NCBI GenBank assembly: GCA_964016885.1
Contig: OZ024743.1
Coordinates: 182,776,001 to 182,840,000, forward strand
DNA from: Eledone cirrhosa
Lineage: Eukaryota
DNA: 64,000 nt
Reading direction: 5' to 3'
In this document: positions 39,768 to 53,730 of the stretch, in pieces
Layout: each line of letters opens with the position of its first letter
Numbering within the stretch: position 1 is the stretch's first letter
The notes under the pieces: model-generated
What the model was told of the DNA's origin: nothing
The model's database searches: none
The model's input: the letters and a program-made list of their open reading frames with translations, nothing else
Position numbers and translations under genes: made by a program

Positions 39768-40247
39768 TTACGTATCAAGAACTACACAATTATTTGATAC
39801 ATTACTATTACAGTCTCCATTTATGGTTGGTTTTGTTGAAATAGTATCTGTCCAGTGGTTTCGCCATTTTAGATAGAGGATACTGGGCCAGAGCAAGGCA
39901 AAGCTTAGTCTTGGATCTGGTTTTGTACATGCCAATAGTAAGAAGAAAACTTGGAAATATGGTATCATGAATAAGATAATCCAGATCAACAAAGGAATAT
40001 CGGTCAGGTGGGAAAATATGCGGTACAGCATTGAAGTCTCAGGAGAAGAGGTTTCCATAATGGTATTCTTTGCAACTCCAACCTTACGTCCCAGTTTCGG
40101 GTCCAAGTGGAATTTTGATGAATGATCAAAGGCATATTTAGTATATTTCTCATGAATCTCAAAGATATAATATGTCAAAGCACAGGTTATACTGAGGTAA
40201 GCAACAATAGCAATCCATGCAATTCTTTGGCGGAATTTCATTGTCAT
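39768..40247 (-). CDS. LYSET: Lysosomal enzyme trafficking factor (TMEM251/LYSET/GCAF)
   Basis: MTMKFRQRIAWI..Y..YYIFEI, IPYFQVFFLLLACTKPDP and C-terminal LDT match remembered human MMNFRQRMGW..YYVFEI..VPYLQMFLFLYSCTRADP..IDT; acceptor ttattttcag ending at 40281. Confidence 0.93.
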   Translation of the reverse strand: MTMKFRQRIAWIAIVAYLSITCALTYYIFEIHEKYTKYAFDHSSKFHLDPKLGRKVGVAKNTIMETSSPETSMLYRIFSHLTDIPLLIWIILFMIPYFQVFFLLLACTKPDPRLSFALLWPSILYLKWRNHWTDTISTKPTINGDCNSNVSNNCVVLDT

Positions 40248-42087
40248 GTGACACAATCATAATTCCAGCAGTCTTTTACACTGAAAATAATGACGGGAAA
40301 CAATATTAATATCTTCTTTGGTTAAATTAAATCATAAATGACAAATTAAACAAAAAAAGTATCAGTATTCTTAAAAACAATAGAAGAACAAACTAACAAC
40401 TTTGAAATATTTAACTTTGTTATTTCATTTTTCCACACTAGCATGGGTTAGATGAGTTGTCCCATTGTGAGACGAGTCAGATCAGATAACCGTGACTTAC
40501 TCATACATAACCGATTTGGGCTTGGTTTCTACAGCTGGATGCCTTTCCTAACACCAACCACATTTACAGTGAGTACTGGGTGCTTTTTGTTGTGACACCA
40601 AACCAATCAACTGACAGATTGGACTGGGTGCTTTTTGTCGTGTCACCATTATGATCACTTTACAGAGTGGACTGGGCGCATTTTGTCATGTCACCAATCC
40701 GACTACTTTACAGGGTGGACTGTGAGCTTTTGTGTATATTAACGGTGGTACCCTGAGAAAAGAAATTCAGTAGACGCTGTGAAGTGGTTGGTGTCAGGAA
40801 AGAAACAATGCCAAAATGGAATGTAAGAGCAAGACACAGTGACCTGACTGGACTGTTTAGCCAGAGAATTGTCATGACCCAACATTGTCATCTAACTGAC
40901 CTGTTTTGCCAGAGAATGTGATGACCCAACAACCATGGAAGATAGATGTAAAACAGTGATGATGATGATTAGCAATAAAACATCACTTTACAATGATCAT
41001 CCTAGATATTAAAATCATCAATTTCGGACTAAACACAGCAACAATCAGTCAGCTTCTTTCTACTTTTTGTCTTAATAAAATGCAGCAAATGCACTCTTTA
41101 TGGTGGTTATGCTGGTGCCATGGTAAAATTAACCTAGTACACAATAAAATATTCCCAATACACACTGTAAAGTAGTTGGCAGTAAGAAGGGTATCTAGCA
41201 GTAGAAACCATGGAAAAATGAGAATGGTGTGGTCCTCAGATGTATCTAGTATTAGACTATGACAACCTGTCATAGAAATTAAGCCAAAATACAGTTCCGT
41301 ATGAGCAAGACATGGTCACCTGACCTGACTTGTCTCAATATGACATGTCTAAGCGATGAACAAGTGGAAAATGGACATTAAATTATGAAGTATGTATTTG
41401 GTAGTGAACAGAATAATATATTAGTAAAGTATAATTGTCAAAAGGAGTAAAAAAAAAAACAGTTTGTCACTTGGGTAAACATTTTAAAAAATCTATATAA
41501 AAGCTATAATTTGAATCTAGCACATTTGTCCTTCATGAGAAGTACCAAGATATATTTGTTGTTATTAAAAGGGTAGACAACTTCCAGTTTGTCAAAATGA
41601 ATATAGGTATGTACATATGGACTGAGTGGGGCATGTGCACGAAAACAAACAAATGTGTATATATATATACAAGAAGATCAGAAAAACAAGTCCTACCAGA
41701 CGACACATCTGCTCCAATTAGCAAACTGAATTGAAATTAAGACACGTGGTTTAGTAGTTAGGGATGGTCTCTTCTAGAAGTTAAGGCCGTGAAATTGGTT
41801 GTAGACAGCGTGTTGTGTCAACATGAATTATACCTGTAATTCAAAGGACTAAGCTTTTGTCACACACTACTATATCATGCTGAATCTCCCTGAGAAATAC
41901 GTTAAGGGTACTCGTGTCAGTGAAATGCTCAAACACTTGCTCATTAATATCGGGAACAGGTTGTTGTGTTGGCCAACTCGCACACTCATCGTCACAACTG
42001 ATGGACGTCCAACACATATTAAACAGCTGTTTATCGACACACATTCATTCTATTATAGTCTATTATATCCGTCTCTAATATCGGTAT

Positions 42088-42335
42088 AATAATTGTTTCT
42101 TCTTTTTGGCACAAGGCCAGCAATTACCCAGTGCATTACTTTATTTTATTGACCTCCGTAAGGATGAAAGGCAAAGTTAACCTCGAATAATGGTTTATGA
42201 TTTAGGCACAAGGGCAACAATTTTGGGAGAGGAGAAAGTCGATTAAATCGACCCCAGTATTTTATTTTATTTTATTTTATCGACCCTGTAAGGATGAAAT
42301 GTAAAGCTAGCCTCGACGGGATTTGAACACAGAAG
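42088..42335 (-). mobile_element. SINE family A fragments
   Basis: GGCACAAGGCCAGCAATTACCCAG and GGATGAAAGGCAAAGTTAACCTCG motifs. Confidence 0.7.
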
Positions 42336-43084
42336 ATAAAAAGCCATAATTATATTTCCCTTAATTTTAAAGTCTTGCTACACGACACTTTTTGGAAAGT
42401 GTCTTCTACTAAAGTATCGGCTTGACCAATGTCTTGTCATAGGAATTTGGTAGACGGAAACTGTATAATAAGCCCGTCATGTGAGTGTAAGTGCACGCGT
42501 GTCAGTATCTGTTTATGTCACGTACCCTAGGGGTTCGATACAAAAGAGATCGATAAAATAATTACCAAACTTGAAAAGTAAGTACTGGGGGGTCGATAAT
42601 ATCGATCTAACCAAGACGGTGCCCCCGTATGGCCGCAGTCTAATGACTATGCAAGTTTCTAATGCATTCCTTTTCTTTCCATGCCTCTCATTAAATTTAA
42701 CTCACCAAGATTACAGTCATTCCTTATTATTATTTCATTACTATCACTCTTAATTGCTATTACATTGGAAAGACTGGAATTATTGTTATACAGCGAAATC
42801 ACTCTTTATAGCAAAAGATGGCCAATACATGGAGTTAGTTTGTTATATAACTTTTAATTTTTATTGCAATTATTAAATATTATTTAAATAAAATAATAAC
42901 AATTAGTATATATATATATTAATAATTTGTTTAGTTTATCGTTGTTTTTAAAAAAATCAACAAAAAATACGATAATTGAGAGGAGTCTGTAATTCCAAGC
43001 TTAATTCATTTTAATTTACTAAACAGACAAAATTAATTAACATTTCAGGAAGAGAAAACAAAATAATTCGTAAAAACCAACCTC

Positions 43085-43150
43085 AAAATTACGACATTTC
43101 CTGGAGGACAACATTTACTAAACTACTGAAAACAACTTCACTTCCGCTTA
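43085..43150 (-). promoter_or_regulatory. Candidate LYSET promoter / non-coding first exon
   Basis: ETS-type GCGGAAGTG at 43139-43147, possible donor gtaatt near 43092; an upstream exon is implied by the acceptor at 40281. Confidence 0.35.
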
Positions 43151-43159
43151 GTACCTTCC

Positions 43160-43375
43160 CATACAAAGGTAATAACGACTGTATATTCCAAACAAAGGTA
43201 ATATCGAAAGGGCTAGCCCCAAAGATATATTGAAAGTGTCCCCCAAACAAAGGTAATATAGAAAGTACCAGCCCCCAAACAAAGGTAATATCGAAAGTGC
43301 CACTCCCAACAAAGGTAATATGGGAAGTGTCACACCCCCAAACAAAGATAATATTGAAAGTGCCGCCCCAATCCC
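43160..43375. repeat. ~30-bp minisatellite (about 6-7 units)
   Basis: CAAAGGTAATATCGAAAGTGCCNCCCCAAA repeats. Confidence 0.85.
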
Positions 43376-44129
43376 CACCCACTCAAAAAAAAAACAACAA
43401 CGGTACTGTTGAAAGCTGTATTGATTTATTTATTCATTTAATTATTTAATAAATTTAAATGTCCGTATAGAGCTAGTAAGCCAAGACAGACTAGGAGAAG
43501 TATTGAGTACTTCTTATAGTGGAAAAACAAAACAAGTTATACACAGATAATCATCATCATCATCATTTTACGTCCGCTTTTCCCTGCTTGCAGTGAATAT
43601 AAAACATCAATTTAAACGTCTGTATAGAGCTAGTAAGCCATGACAGACTAGGGGAAGTATTGAGTACGTCTTACAATTGAGAACCCCCCCCCCCCAATAT
43701 ATATACACAGAGATACGCGAATATAAAGATAGAATTAAAATTAATAAAACAAAATAGAATTAAAAATTAAACAGGGAAGGGTAACATGAGGTAAAATAAA
43801 CATAAAATAAAATGAAAAATAAAATATTTATTACATAGAAATAGTGTCTGTATTTAATACAAACGACAGGACAAGATAAAATGAAAAAGGAGAAAATAAA
43901 CGGGCTTTTTCGTTAATACACTTCATTTCAAATTGAAACTAAAATTACATAAGTTAAGATTAGATGAAGTTTGTTTTAATTTGAAATGCAGCATAATAAT
44001 GAATAAGAGTGGAGTATTTATTTAATAAGTGTTGCACTCCTTAGTTAAATGTTCACTGCGGAGAGGACACAACACAATCTCTTGGCTTATTGTTAATTCT
44101 CAATTTAAAATACTTGAGAGGTCTTTTTT

Positions 44130-44720
44130 TGTTCACTTTCCCTGCTAGCAAGGTTTGGACAAGTCTACATAGACCCAGTCAGTAAGTCAGTGCTGAAACA
44201 GAGTTACTGATCTCCCAGACAGGCCAGGGGTTCTGCACCTTGCTTGCATACAATCATACGTTCTGTCGAGTACACATGAGTTGTCGTGTCTTTTGACACA
44301 AACTTAAGAGTACTCTCAACCCTTTGTTTGGCAAGCTTTCTAGAGCATGAGACCTTGTGAAAGGCCTTCTCCAGATCAATGACTATGAAGTATAGGGGCT
44401 TATTCTTAGCTAAGGACTTCTGATGGTATCATCAGCAGTATTTCTTTCTGCTAAAAATTTGAACTGCATCTCATCTATTTTCATTCTACTTCTGATCAAT
44501 TTTGTAATAGTTGTTTCTGTAACTTTCATAACCTCTAGCAGCAATTTAATGCCTCCATAGTTACCTAGTTCTGAGGTATCATCTTTGCCCTTGTAGTAAT
44601 TGAGAATGTGCTGCTATACTTTCCTGTATTAACTTGTTGACAATGCTGCCCTAATACTCCAGATGTTTTAAACAACTGTTTCTCACAAGACAGCTGCATT
44701 CATACAGACTTGATGTTTTC
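44130..44720 (-). mobile_element. Decayed RTE LINE fragments
   Basis: YYKGKDD..GNYGGIKLLLEV RT motif and RTE-like 3' end. Confidence 0.55.
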
Positions 44721-45460
44721 ATATCCTTGAACCCTTCATGACCACAATTCTAATGAAATACACTATTTTAATTAGTTAATGAAGAATTTTGAGGGATTTG
44801 CTAAAATTACAAAAATAATAACTTAATGTAAGGTTCTTATATAAAATTATATTAGAAGATTTTAATAAAATTGGAAAATCTTTAAAACGGCTTGTTTTAT
44901 TTCATAGACCCTCTTTTTTCCTTGCATTCTCCATACCTAGCAACCTCCCATATTAGCATTTCCATTATTTTTTTTTTTTTTATTCATTTGTTGTCAGTAA
45001 AAGCAAGTATCCAATATTATTCCATAAACACTTCTCCCAAATGTATTGATTCTCTCTAGTATACTGCTTTACAATTAGATACACTTCACACTTCTGATTC
45101 CCACGTCATAGAACATATGTAAACCTCTTTCTGTCCCTCCTCCTCTTCTGGAGTAGTATACTTCATGTTTAGGTTCTGTTTTAGTTACTTCATATTTGTC
45201 GACAATCTTTTAGGCTTTCTAAATCTGTCTCAGCTTTTATAGTTCTATATCCAGCACTATTCTATCACCATGTCACCATCCCTCTGGCTTGAACCTTGAT
45301 CACCATCCATCTGGCTTGAACCACAGATCTGATCTGTAGCTTTCAGCAGATTCTCCTATAGAAACTTCCAGTTGTCCTCAATGTTATATATTTTTTAGCT
45401 CCTCCTCCTTGATACACATCAATTAGATCTTCTCTGAATCTATAACAAATCAAGGCATCT

Positions 45461-45662
45461 TTAACCCTTTAGCATTTAAACCAGCCATATCCAGCCAGAA
45501 TTCTTTCACATTATTCTCTTTAAACTGGTCATAACAGGCCACGCATACTTATGTTCTCAAAATAAATATCAAAATCTCATAGATTCAATATTATGCAAGA
45601 TGAAGCCTTTACCATAAAAATATAATAGTAAATATAGAGTAATGTAAATGCCAAAGGGTTAA
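45461..45662. mobile_element. piggyBac-like MITE (right end duplicated to ~45752)
   Basis: TTAA-CCCTTTAGCATTTA ... AAATGCCAAAGGG-TTAA. Confidence 0.8.
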
Positions 45663-45847
45663 ACTTCCATATCTTCCTTCTTTACCATAAAAATATAGTA
45701 AATACAGAGTAATGTAAATGCTAAAGGGTTAAACTTCCATATCTTCCTTCTTAATACCATCTCATACTTCTGGGTTTTTAGCAAGTTTGTAGTAATGATA
45801 ATATTATTTGTATTTATATCAACAGAGGTCACCGATATAGCAGACAT

Positions 45848-46061
45848 TTAACCCTTTAGCATTCACATTACTCTATAAATACTATTATATTTTCATGGTA
45901 AAGGCTTTACCTCACATATCTCAAATAATATCGAATCTATGAGATTTTGAAAGTATTTATTTTGAGAACAATACCTTAACATCAGTTTGAGCGAGTAGTT
46001 ACAGCCAGTTTCAACAGAAAGAGGTAGTGAATTCTGGCCGGTTTGAACATTAAAGGGTTAA
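45848..46061. mobile_element. piggyBac-like MITE, inverted relative to 45461
   Basis: TTAA-CCCTTTAGCATT ... TAAAGGG-TTAA. Confidence 0.8.
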
Positions 46062-48344
46062 TAGTCACCAGTTTAGCTGTTAAATAATATCAACGACAAT
46101 AATAATAATGATGTATTTTGTTGTAACAGGAAAGGTATGGTTTGTTATATCAATAAATCTAAGTTGAATTGATGTTCGGCTGTAAGTCTCGGGTTATGTT
46201 GCTGCTGTGATAATAACTCTGGAAAGAATCTTTCCATATCACATTCAAAGGCTATGGCTGTGGTAATAGCATCACAAGACTTTACAATGGTTTTACATAT
46301 TTTATTTACAAACCGATTACAAAGATTGAGCTGGGTTGAGCTGGCATGCCAAACAAATGAATAAACACATTAAGAGTTTAGAAGGTACAGTCAACTGGCT
46401 GACGTTTTGGCCAGGCCTGTAGTTATGTTGTTGTCGTTACATGTTGGCTAGTGGTTTCACGACAAAAGGAAAATGTGTTTACATTTCCACAATCAAAGCT
46501 GCAAGAGATAGAGTTTATCGAAAGTAGCGAGAAAATATCTGTTTGGGCAGTTGCAAATACATATCCGTGTGTGGCTCACGATTGGCCTCACTTAGCCAAA
46601 TCACACATGAATAGCCTATCAGTGCACCAAAGGAAAGTAGCTTGCTACAGGTTTGTCTTGATCTTACTTTAGGTAAAACAGCCCGTAGCATAGGAGAAAG
46701 GATAAGTGAACACTGGTAAGAACTCCAGGATGGGAAAAACTCATCAGTATTCCATCAATATGCCAAAATAGAACATAGGGGCACATTAGAGAACATAGAG
46801 ATAAAAATTATATCCACACACAGAAAAGATGCAATGCTCAGATAAATCACAGAGGTGAAAAATATAAACGAACTCCAACCAAAATTAAACAGAAAACATG
46901 AATGGAATAGCAACATCACAACTAGTAATTTAGGATAAAATGAAGACATACAGACACACACAAAAACCAAACTAACAAAACAAATCAGACACATACAGAT
47001 AGAATAAACAACCAACTAGTGACAAGTAAATAAAAACATAAATAAAAACACACACACAGATGTAATGCATGCAACACACAACACACAAAAACAAGATGGT
47101 GTAGGACAGACACAAAATAAAAACCTAATCACTGAGGAGGTCACAGAATGTGTGACGAAAGAGCTTTGACAATATATAAACGACCATCCAGTTATCGAAC
47201 CAACCAACCAGAAATTTATAATAAATTAAAGTGAAAACTAACAGGTACATATGTTTTTATTAGCAGCATGACCCTCCCAATGTATAAAAATATGTTTCAA
47301 CACACATTTTCAGATAAGAAATCCTGCAAAACAAATTAAAATCAAAGTATTATATATATATGCATACATGTTCCCATAACTCTTGATGGAAATGTAGGGC
47401 ACCGTATTGATATGCACAGTTTCTTGGTCATTTTTAAACCTGGCAGTATCCATATCCTCTCCAGCTCTGACACAACAGATTTCTTCCAGATAGAGAGAGT
47501 GAGAGAATGGAAGTGAGAAAGAGATATAGAGGAAGAATTGATCCTAGTGGTAGACTGGTACTTTTTTTATTGACTTTGAATGGATGAAAGGCAAAGTTGA
47601 CCTTGGCAGGATTTGAACTCAGAGAGCAGAGAGCTGAAATGAATACTGCAAAACATTCTACCTGACGTACTAACGACTGCCAATTCGCCACCAATCTATG
47701 TATATATCATCATAATTTTTTTGTTTCCTCAGCATAGCCACTCTACTGGCTGAAGTGTGTTGCTATATCTTTATAGTAGCTAAGGTCAATGTAGTTAGTG
47801 TTGATATCAAATACAACCAGAATTTGTACTTTGACTGCTATATTCATTTTTCTTTTTTTGTGTGACTGGTGTATATTGTCTTTATGTAATTGCATGATTT
47901 TAGACTTGCCTGGTGCTCAGAGTATAACTTCCACCATTAATTATGTATTTTTATGGCGGATTCTCTGTCTCTCTCTGATAATAAAGCGACTCACAGAACA
48001 GATGACGAAGGAACGCGGAAAGTGGAGAGATGCTATGTTGAAAAGAACCCGTCCAATCCATGCAAGCATGGAACAACGGACGTAAAACCGATGGTGGTGG
48101 TGGTAGTGATGATGATTGTGATGTTACTTCTCTGTAAATTTAACCAATCTATCACTCTCATTTGAAGTTAGTAGAATGGACATTGTTAGAACCAATGGCC
48201 CTGTTGTTTTGAAGCAACTGAAGGAGCTTTCACACCTGGCATATATTGAGTAATTGTTGGTGAACCTGATTGAGTGGAAAGAAATAGTTTTGGGAGAGAT
48301 TTATTTTGTGTATTTAGATGGATACAAAACAGACAAGAAATATG

Positions 48345-48530
48345 ATGGTGCTGCTTAGAGGATCTTGTGAGGGTGCTGTTTAGAGGACCTTGTGAGGGTG
48401 CTTAGAGGACCTAGTGAGGGTGCTGCTTAGAGGATCTTGTAAGGGTGCTGCTTAAAGAACCTTATGAGGGTGTTGTTTAGAGAACCAAGTGAGTATGCTG
48501 AACCTTGTGAGGGTGCTGCTTACAGAACCA
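48345..48530. repeat. 25-bp minisatellite
   Basis: GTGCTGCTTAGAGGAYCTTGTGAGG about 7 times. Confidence 0.85.
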
Positions 48531-49199
48531 TCATGATGAAGAAGTTCTAGAGATCCCTTTGGCAAAAGACCCCCCACCCCACCCCCCTAAAAAAAAAGCT
48601 ATAGTTTGGTCAGCAGGAGGGCTTGCAAGCTGTGCAATGCATGGAAGCATCATTTGTTGTTTGTTTGATGACCTTGTAGGAGTTGTAGTTCCTTGTAGAT
48701 AAGGTTGGGCAGAGGGGTGATTGTCTTCAAACATTCTAGGCCATGTTCTTTCTTTACTTTTCATACATGTAGGAAGAGGTCAATAAATAATTTGTATCAA
48801 CAATAACCTTCCCAATATTTATAATTTTGTACTCATGTTGGAAATCAATTATATTGTGGAGGTAGATTGTAGAATTAACGAAGTGTTGGATTACATGCCT
48901 TGTTTGGGTATCTCCTTTCCAATGAGTTAGATATTATGTTGGCATGTAATATATTATTTCTAAGAACAGGGTCAGACTTTCACCTGCTGGGGCCCTAAGC
49001 TATACAAAATTTCAGGCCCTTCTCTAACATGAATATTATTCTTTATATTGATGTTAATGATAAAGGATAAATTATATATATATATATATATATAATTTTT
49101 GATGATTTATAGGTAAGCCCAATCAAGTCCTAGGGTACTTCTTCTAGTCTTTGTTACCCTTTACTGACCTGTTTACTTTTGTTTCCTTTTCAACATCTC

Positions 49200-49405
49200 T
49201 AAATGTTCATATTTTCATGTGTTTAACTTGAGTTCATACCATCTGTTCATGTGTTTAACTTCAGCTCATACAATCTGTTCATGTGTTTAACAGCTCATAC
49301 AATGTGTTCATATTTTCATATATTTAACTATAGCTCATACAATCTGTTCAATACATCTAACAGCTCATACAAGCTGTTCATACATCTAACTGCAGCTCAT
49401 GCAAT
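49200..49405. repeat. ~30-bp degenerate minisatellite
   Basis: TTTAAC..AGCTCATACAATCTGTTCA repeats. Confidence 0.75.
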
Positions 49406-49788
49406 CTTTCAGTTGATTCTCTTCATGATGTTCATAAGCATTAGAAATAGTTTTAACTTCATTTGTTAACAATATTTTCATCTTTACATCATGCACAATA
49501 AATGTGATGTTAAGATACTGAACTATAAACTATAGTCACTGTGTTGTGTGGTAAGTCAAGGCTTATATCTCTTTTTGCCTCAGCCTATCTGACTGACAAA
49601 CAGGTTCCTTTCTTACTTTATGGTTGAGAGTATCTCGCTGTAATAAATTATTCAAACATTATGCAAAAATATCTCAATTTAAAATATAAATTAACCTGTA
49701 CTCACAGAAGAAATGATGCAAGTGTGTAAAAAGAAATTTGAAAACTTCAGATGAGATTAAATTAAAGTCAATTTATTGTTTTGATTTC

Positions 49789-49907
49789 TTTAACACTCGT
49801 GTAAGTGCACACTTTAACACTTGTATAAGTGTACACTTTAACACTCGTGTAAGTGTACACTTTAATGCTCATGTAAGTGTACACTTTAACACTTATGTAA
49901 GTGTACA
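49789..49907. repeat. 24-bp minisatellite x5
   Basis: TTTAACACTCGTGTAAGTGTACAC. Confidence 0.9.
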
Positions 49908-51663
49908 ATACAGAAAATACTATGAAAGATAACATAGATGAGCAGAATCTCTCCAGCATGCTAATTACTTCTGGATTTTATTTCCACAATAACCAATTTT
50001 ATCGTGATATTTATTAGTAAGTCATTCTTAATATTGATTTATTACATAAACACAAAGCCTCAACTTTATAAGAGGCTACTAAGAATGAGATTGTGTGAGG
50101 TTCATTCATACCTTACTCAAGAGTGACATATTTAAAGTGACATGTCAATACCTGGGAATTAAAACTGAATTGTAGATTTGGTTAGATTCCCTTACAGTTT
50201 ATAACACTCACTCTTCTTTTTCACCAGAGACAAAAGCCCTATGATTTAGGTAGAAGAGATGAGGTGAATTTCTGACATAATATTAACAAGTTTTAGCATT
50301 AACATTTTCAATACGTAAAGTATATTTCTTGTTTTGTTTGTGTTTTTTGTTTCAGCAATTATTATTTTTTTTAATTATTTTTCTATTTTATAATTATCAT
50401 AAAAAATATACTGATTGAACAATTTAAACTTTTTCAAAAACACCAAATTACAGGTAAACGATGACATGATAGCTAAGATGCAATAAAAAAAAAAAAGTCA
50501 TCTCTCTCTCAGGTGAGTAGATATAAGAAAAATATTCATAAAGAAACAAATACAATGAAGATTATGAAAAGAGAGAGAGAGAGACTATATGGCGCAAAAT
50601 ACTGTAAATAATGTCAAAGAGGAAAAAAATATTTATCACAGAAACACACCGTCTGGCAAGAGGTGCTATAAAGTCTGTTATATTAATTGTTGTACTCAAT
50701 ACTTCCATACAAACTTCTCCAAACAGTTACACTTGAATAAATATATAAATAACAACTTGCAAACATCCATTCATGATTGAGGACATCCAAAAGCAGAGAT
50801 TGACAACTACTAAGCACATTAAAAAAACTAAACTCTGTGTTTGTGTGCATGTGTGTGTGTATGTTTCTGTTTGTGCACGTGTGTATTTGTATGCATGTTT
50901 GTGCATTATATTCAAAACTATGACCATCACGCTGAATTGAGGCTGGTTAAGTAACATGTATTATATATAGTTTCAGGTAGCTATATAGTTGCAAGCAGAT
51001 ACAGTCACCTTGCTGACCCACCAGCCTTGACCTACCAAAACATCTAGGATATGATAGCTAGGACAGAGAGCCATACCATCACTCAGATGGTACTTTCTTT
51101 ATTGACACTGAAAGGATGAAAGGCAAAATTGACCTCAGTGGAATTTCAACAGTCATTGCAATGCATTTTATCGATGCACTATCAATATATATATATAAAG
51201 GAAAGTATAAACATGACAGTAACACCTAGCAGTTTTGGATTCCTTGAAAAGGAAGCCAAATACAAGCCAAAACTTCTAGGTGTCACAGTTGAGTTTATAT
51301 CTTCCTTTATACCCACTCTGCTCCTTCCCATACAAAGAGTACTACCCTAATCATATAGTCTGACAAAATGATAGGTTAACCAAAGTGCTATATATAGTCA
51401 CTATTAGAACCTAAAATCAGCACGGTAAAATTTACGAATTTTCATTAGAAGCAGTAACATAATAATTTGTTTAGACAATCTCTCACCCTTGAATTATATA
51501 TATATATATTATCCATCAACATTGAATTATTTCTCAACAATCCTTGTATTTATTTTATCAACCGCAGAAGGACTTGAACTCACAATTGTAATAGGCTGCA
51601 ACTAAATAATGGATATCTGATAGTCTAATGATTCTGCCAATCCTTATATATATATATATATAT

Positions 51664-52060
51664 AGTCAGTAGGCACCTCTTAACCAAATATACACCCCAA
51701 TCCACTACCCCTACCCTATCCTCCCACTCCCACCAACACCTCCCTCTCTCTGTAAAGTTGGTACCACAACATCCAGTCCAAATAAATGAGATAATGAGAT
51801 CGAGATCGTGTAGGTGTCACGAGAAAAAAAACACACAGTCCACGTTGTAATGTGGCCGTGTAGGTAGCACGGTAAAAAGTTCCCAGTTCCACACTGTAAA
51901 TGTGGTTGGTGTTAGGAAGGGCATCCAGCCGTAGAAAACCTGCCAGATAGTCTTATATGAGCGAATCACGGTCACCCGACTAACCTTGCCTCAAGTGGGA
52001 CAACTCCCGTCTAACCCATGCTAGCGTGGAAAATGGACGTTAAACGAAGATGATGATGAT
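51664..52060 (+). mobile_element. 5'-truncated RTE 3' UTR with (GAT)n tail
   Basis: First half matches the UTR after the RTE ORF at 60650-60790; second half carries the GGTGTTAGGAAGGGCATCCAGC tail. Confidence 0.75.
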
Positions 52061-52960
52061 ATATATATATATATATCATTATCATCACTGTTTAATGTCT
52101 ATTGTTCCATACTTGCATGGGTTAGACGGGTCACCTATGTCATGAGACAAGTCTGGCCAGTTAGTCACGCCATATTTTGCTCAGATAGAACTGTATTTTA
52201 GCTGGGATTTTTACAGCTGGATGCCCTTCCTAACACCAACCACTATATATATACATATATATTCTGTATTTGAAGCTAAAGCTTTACTCCGTATTTCCTA
52301 TTCTGTGCACATTCTTCAAGGCAAGAAATTGGCAGAGCCATTAGTGATAGATTAAATGCCCTATTTATTCCTGTGCTCTGAATTCAAATCCTGGCTCCTC
52401 CTCTCACTTATATGATAAAACTGAAGCCCCTATCATTAAAATACCCAAGAAACCATTTGTGAGATGCAACATCATAGGAGGCTGGTGTAAGCCCATCACC
52501 AGGTTCTGGTGTTCGAGGTAGGGGCTTCACATTTTCAGAGGACACCTCTTTGCAAGGAACATATTTCAGAGTTCTTTTTATAAACTTTACATATCCAACA
52601 AAGTTTGTTCACTTTTCTTACTATCAGTCATTATTCAAGAGTGGCAGCTTGATGAAAATATATAAAATTACTAAATTTCTTTTAGCTTAATTATATTGTT
52701 CTCTGCAAAATATTATGCGGTTTCTTATATTGGCAGTGTGTAACAGCTCTGAGGTTTTGGATTTTAGCTTTAATTATCTCATTGTGCGATAATAGAGTCA
52801 TATGATTGTTATTTATTATATATTGAACTCTTTATATTGATTCAATATATATATATATTGGCTGACTGGACACATACATGCTTTTTCAGCAAAAAGATAT
52901 TTTTGTTTATTCCTCTTCTTACTCTCTATCTTTCTATTTCTTCTTTTATTTTTCATTCTA

Positions 52961-52996
52961 TCTTCTGATGAAGGACAAATGTCTGAAACATAAAGA
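52961..52996 (+). ncRNA. Minimal hammerhead ribozyme motif (Penelope-type, probably decayed)
   Basis: TCTT-CTGATGA-a-GGAC aaat GTCT-GAAA-CATA-AAGA. Confidence 0.55.
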
Positions 52997-53206
52997 CTCT
53001 TTTCCTACCATATCAAGCGTTAAACTAATATATTTATTTATTGTACTGTATTGCTTGCTTTGTTGTTTCCATTTACTTTTTGCATATATATGTACATGTA
53101 TGTGTGTGTATATATATAAATATAAATATATATATATCAGATAAGGTGTGGTAAAAACCAGCTAGACCATAACCCACTAGAGTACTCGATACTTGGGGGA
53201 GTGGGT

Positions 53207-53237
<31 letters not shown>

Positions 53238-53730
53238 AAAGAAACATATTTGTTGATTTTATTTAAAGAAAAAGATGGCATTAGTAGTTTGTTGATCTAT
53301 AATGTAGGAGAAACATATCAATCTTAACTAAATGATGTAAAGTATTCAGTAGTTAGAATTGTTATTGAAAATCACATATGGAAATTGAACAGTTAAGCAA
53401 AATTGTCAGCAGTTGAAAACCTTTGTATCAACTATTGGAACAAAGATAACTTCTGTTGCATCAACTATTGGAACAAAGACACACTTCTGTTGCAAGTTCA
53501 CAGTGCAAAATGTAACCATTTTTATATCGAGCAATGATGTGTGAATATGAAAGGGGGAAAAAAAAGATGGATTTTTTAAAATAAATAGCGAATGAATAAT
53601 TTCACAATATATTCAGTATTTTGTTTTGAATAAATCTCTCTCTATCTTTTTCTTTTTTTTTTTTTTTGTTTTAATTACCAATGCTTGACAACAGTGCTCA
53701 GATAGCATATATTCCATAAAGTTTAAGAAT

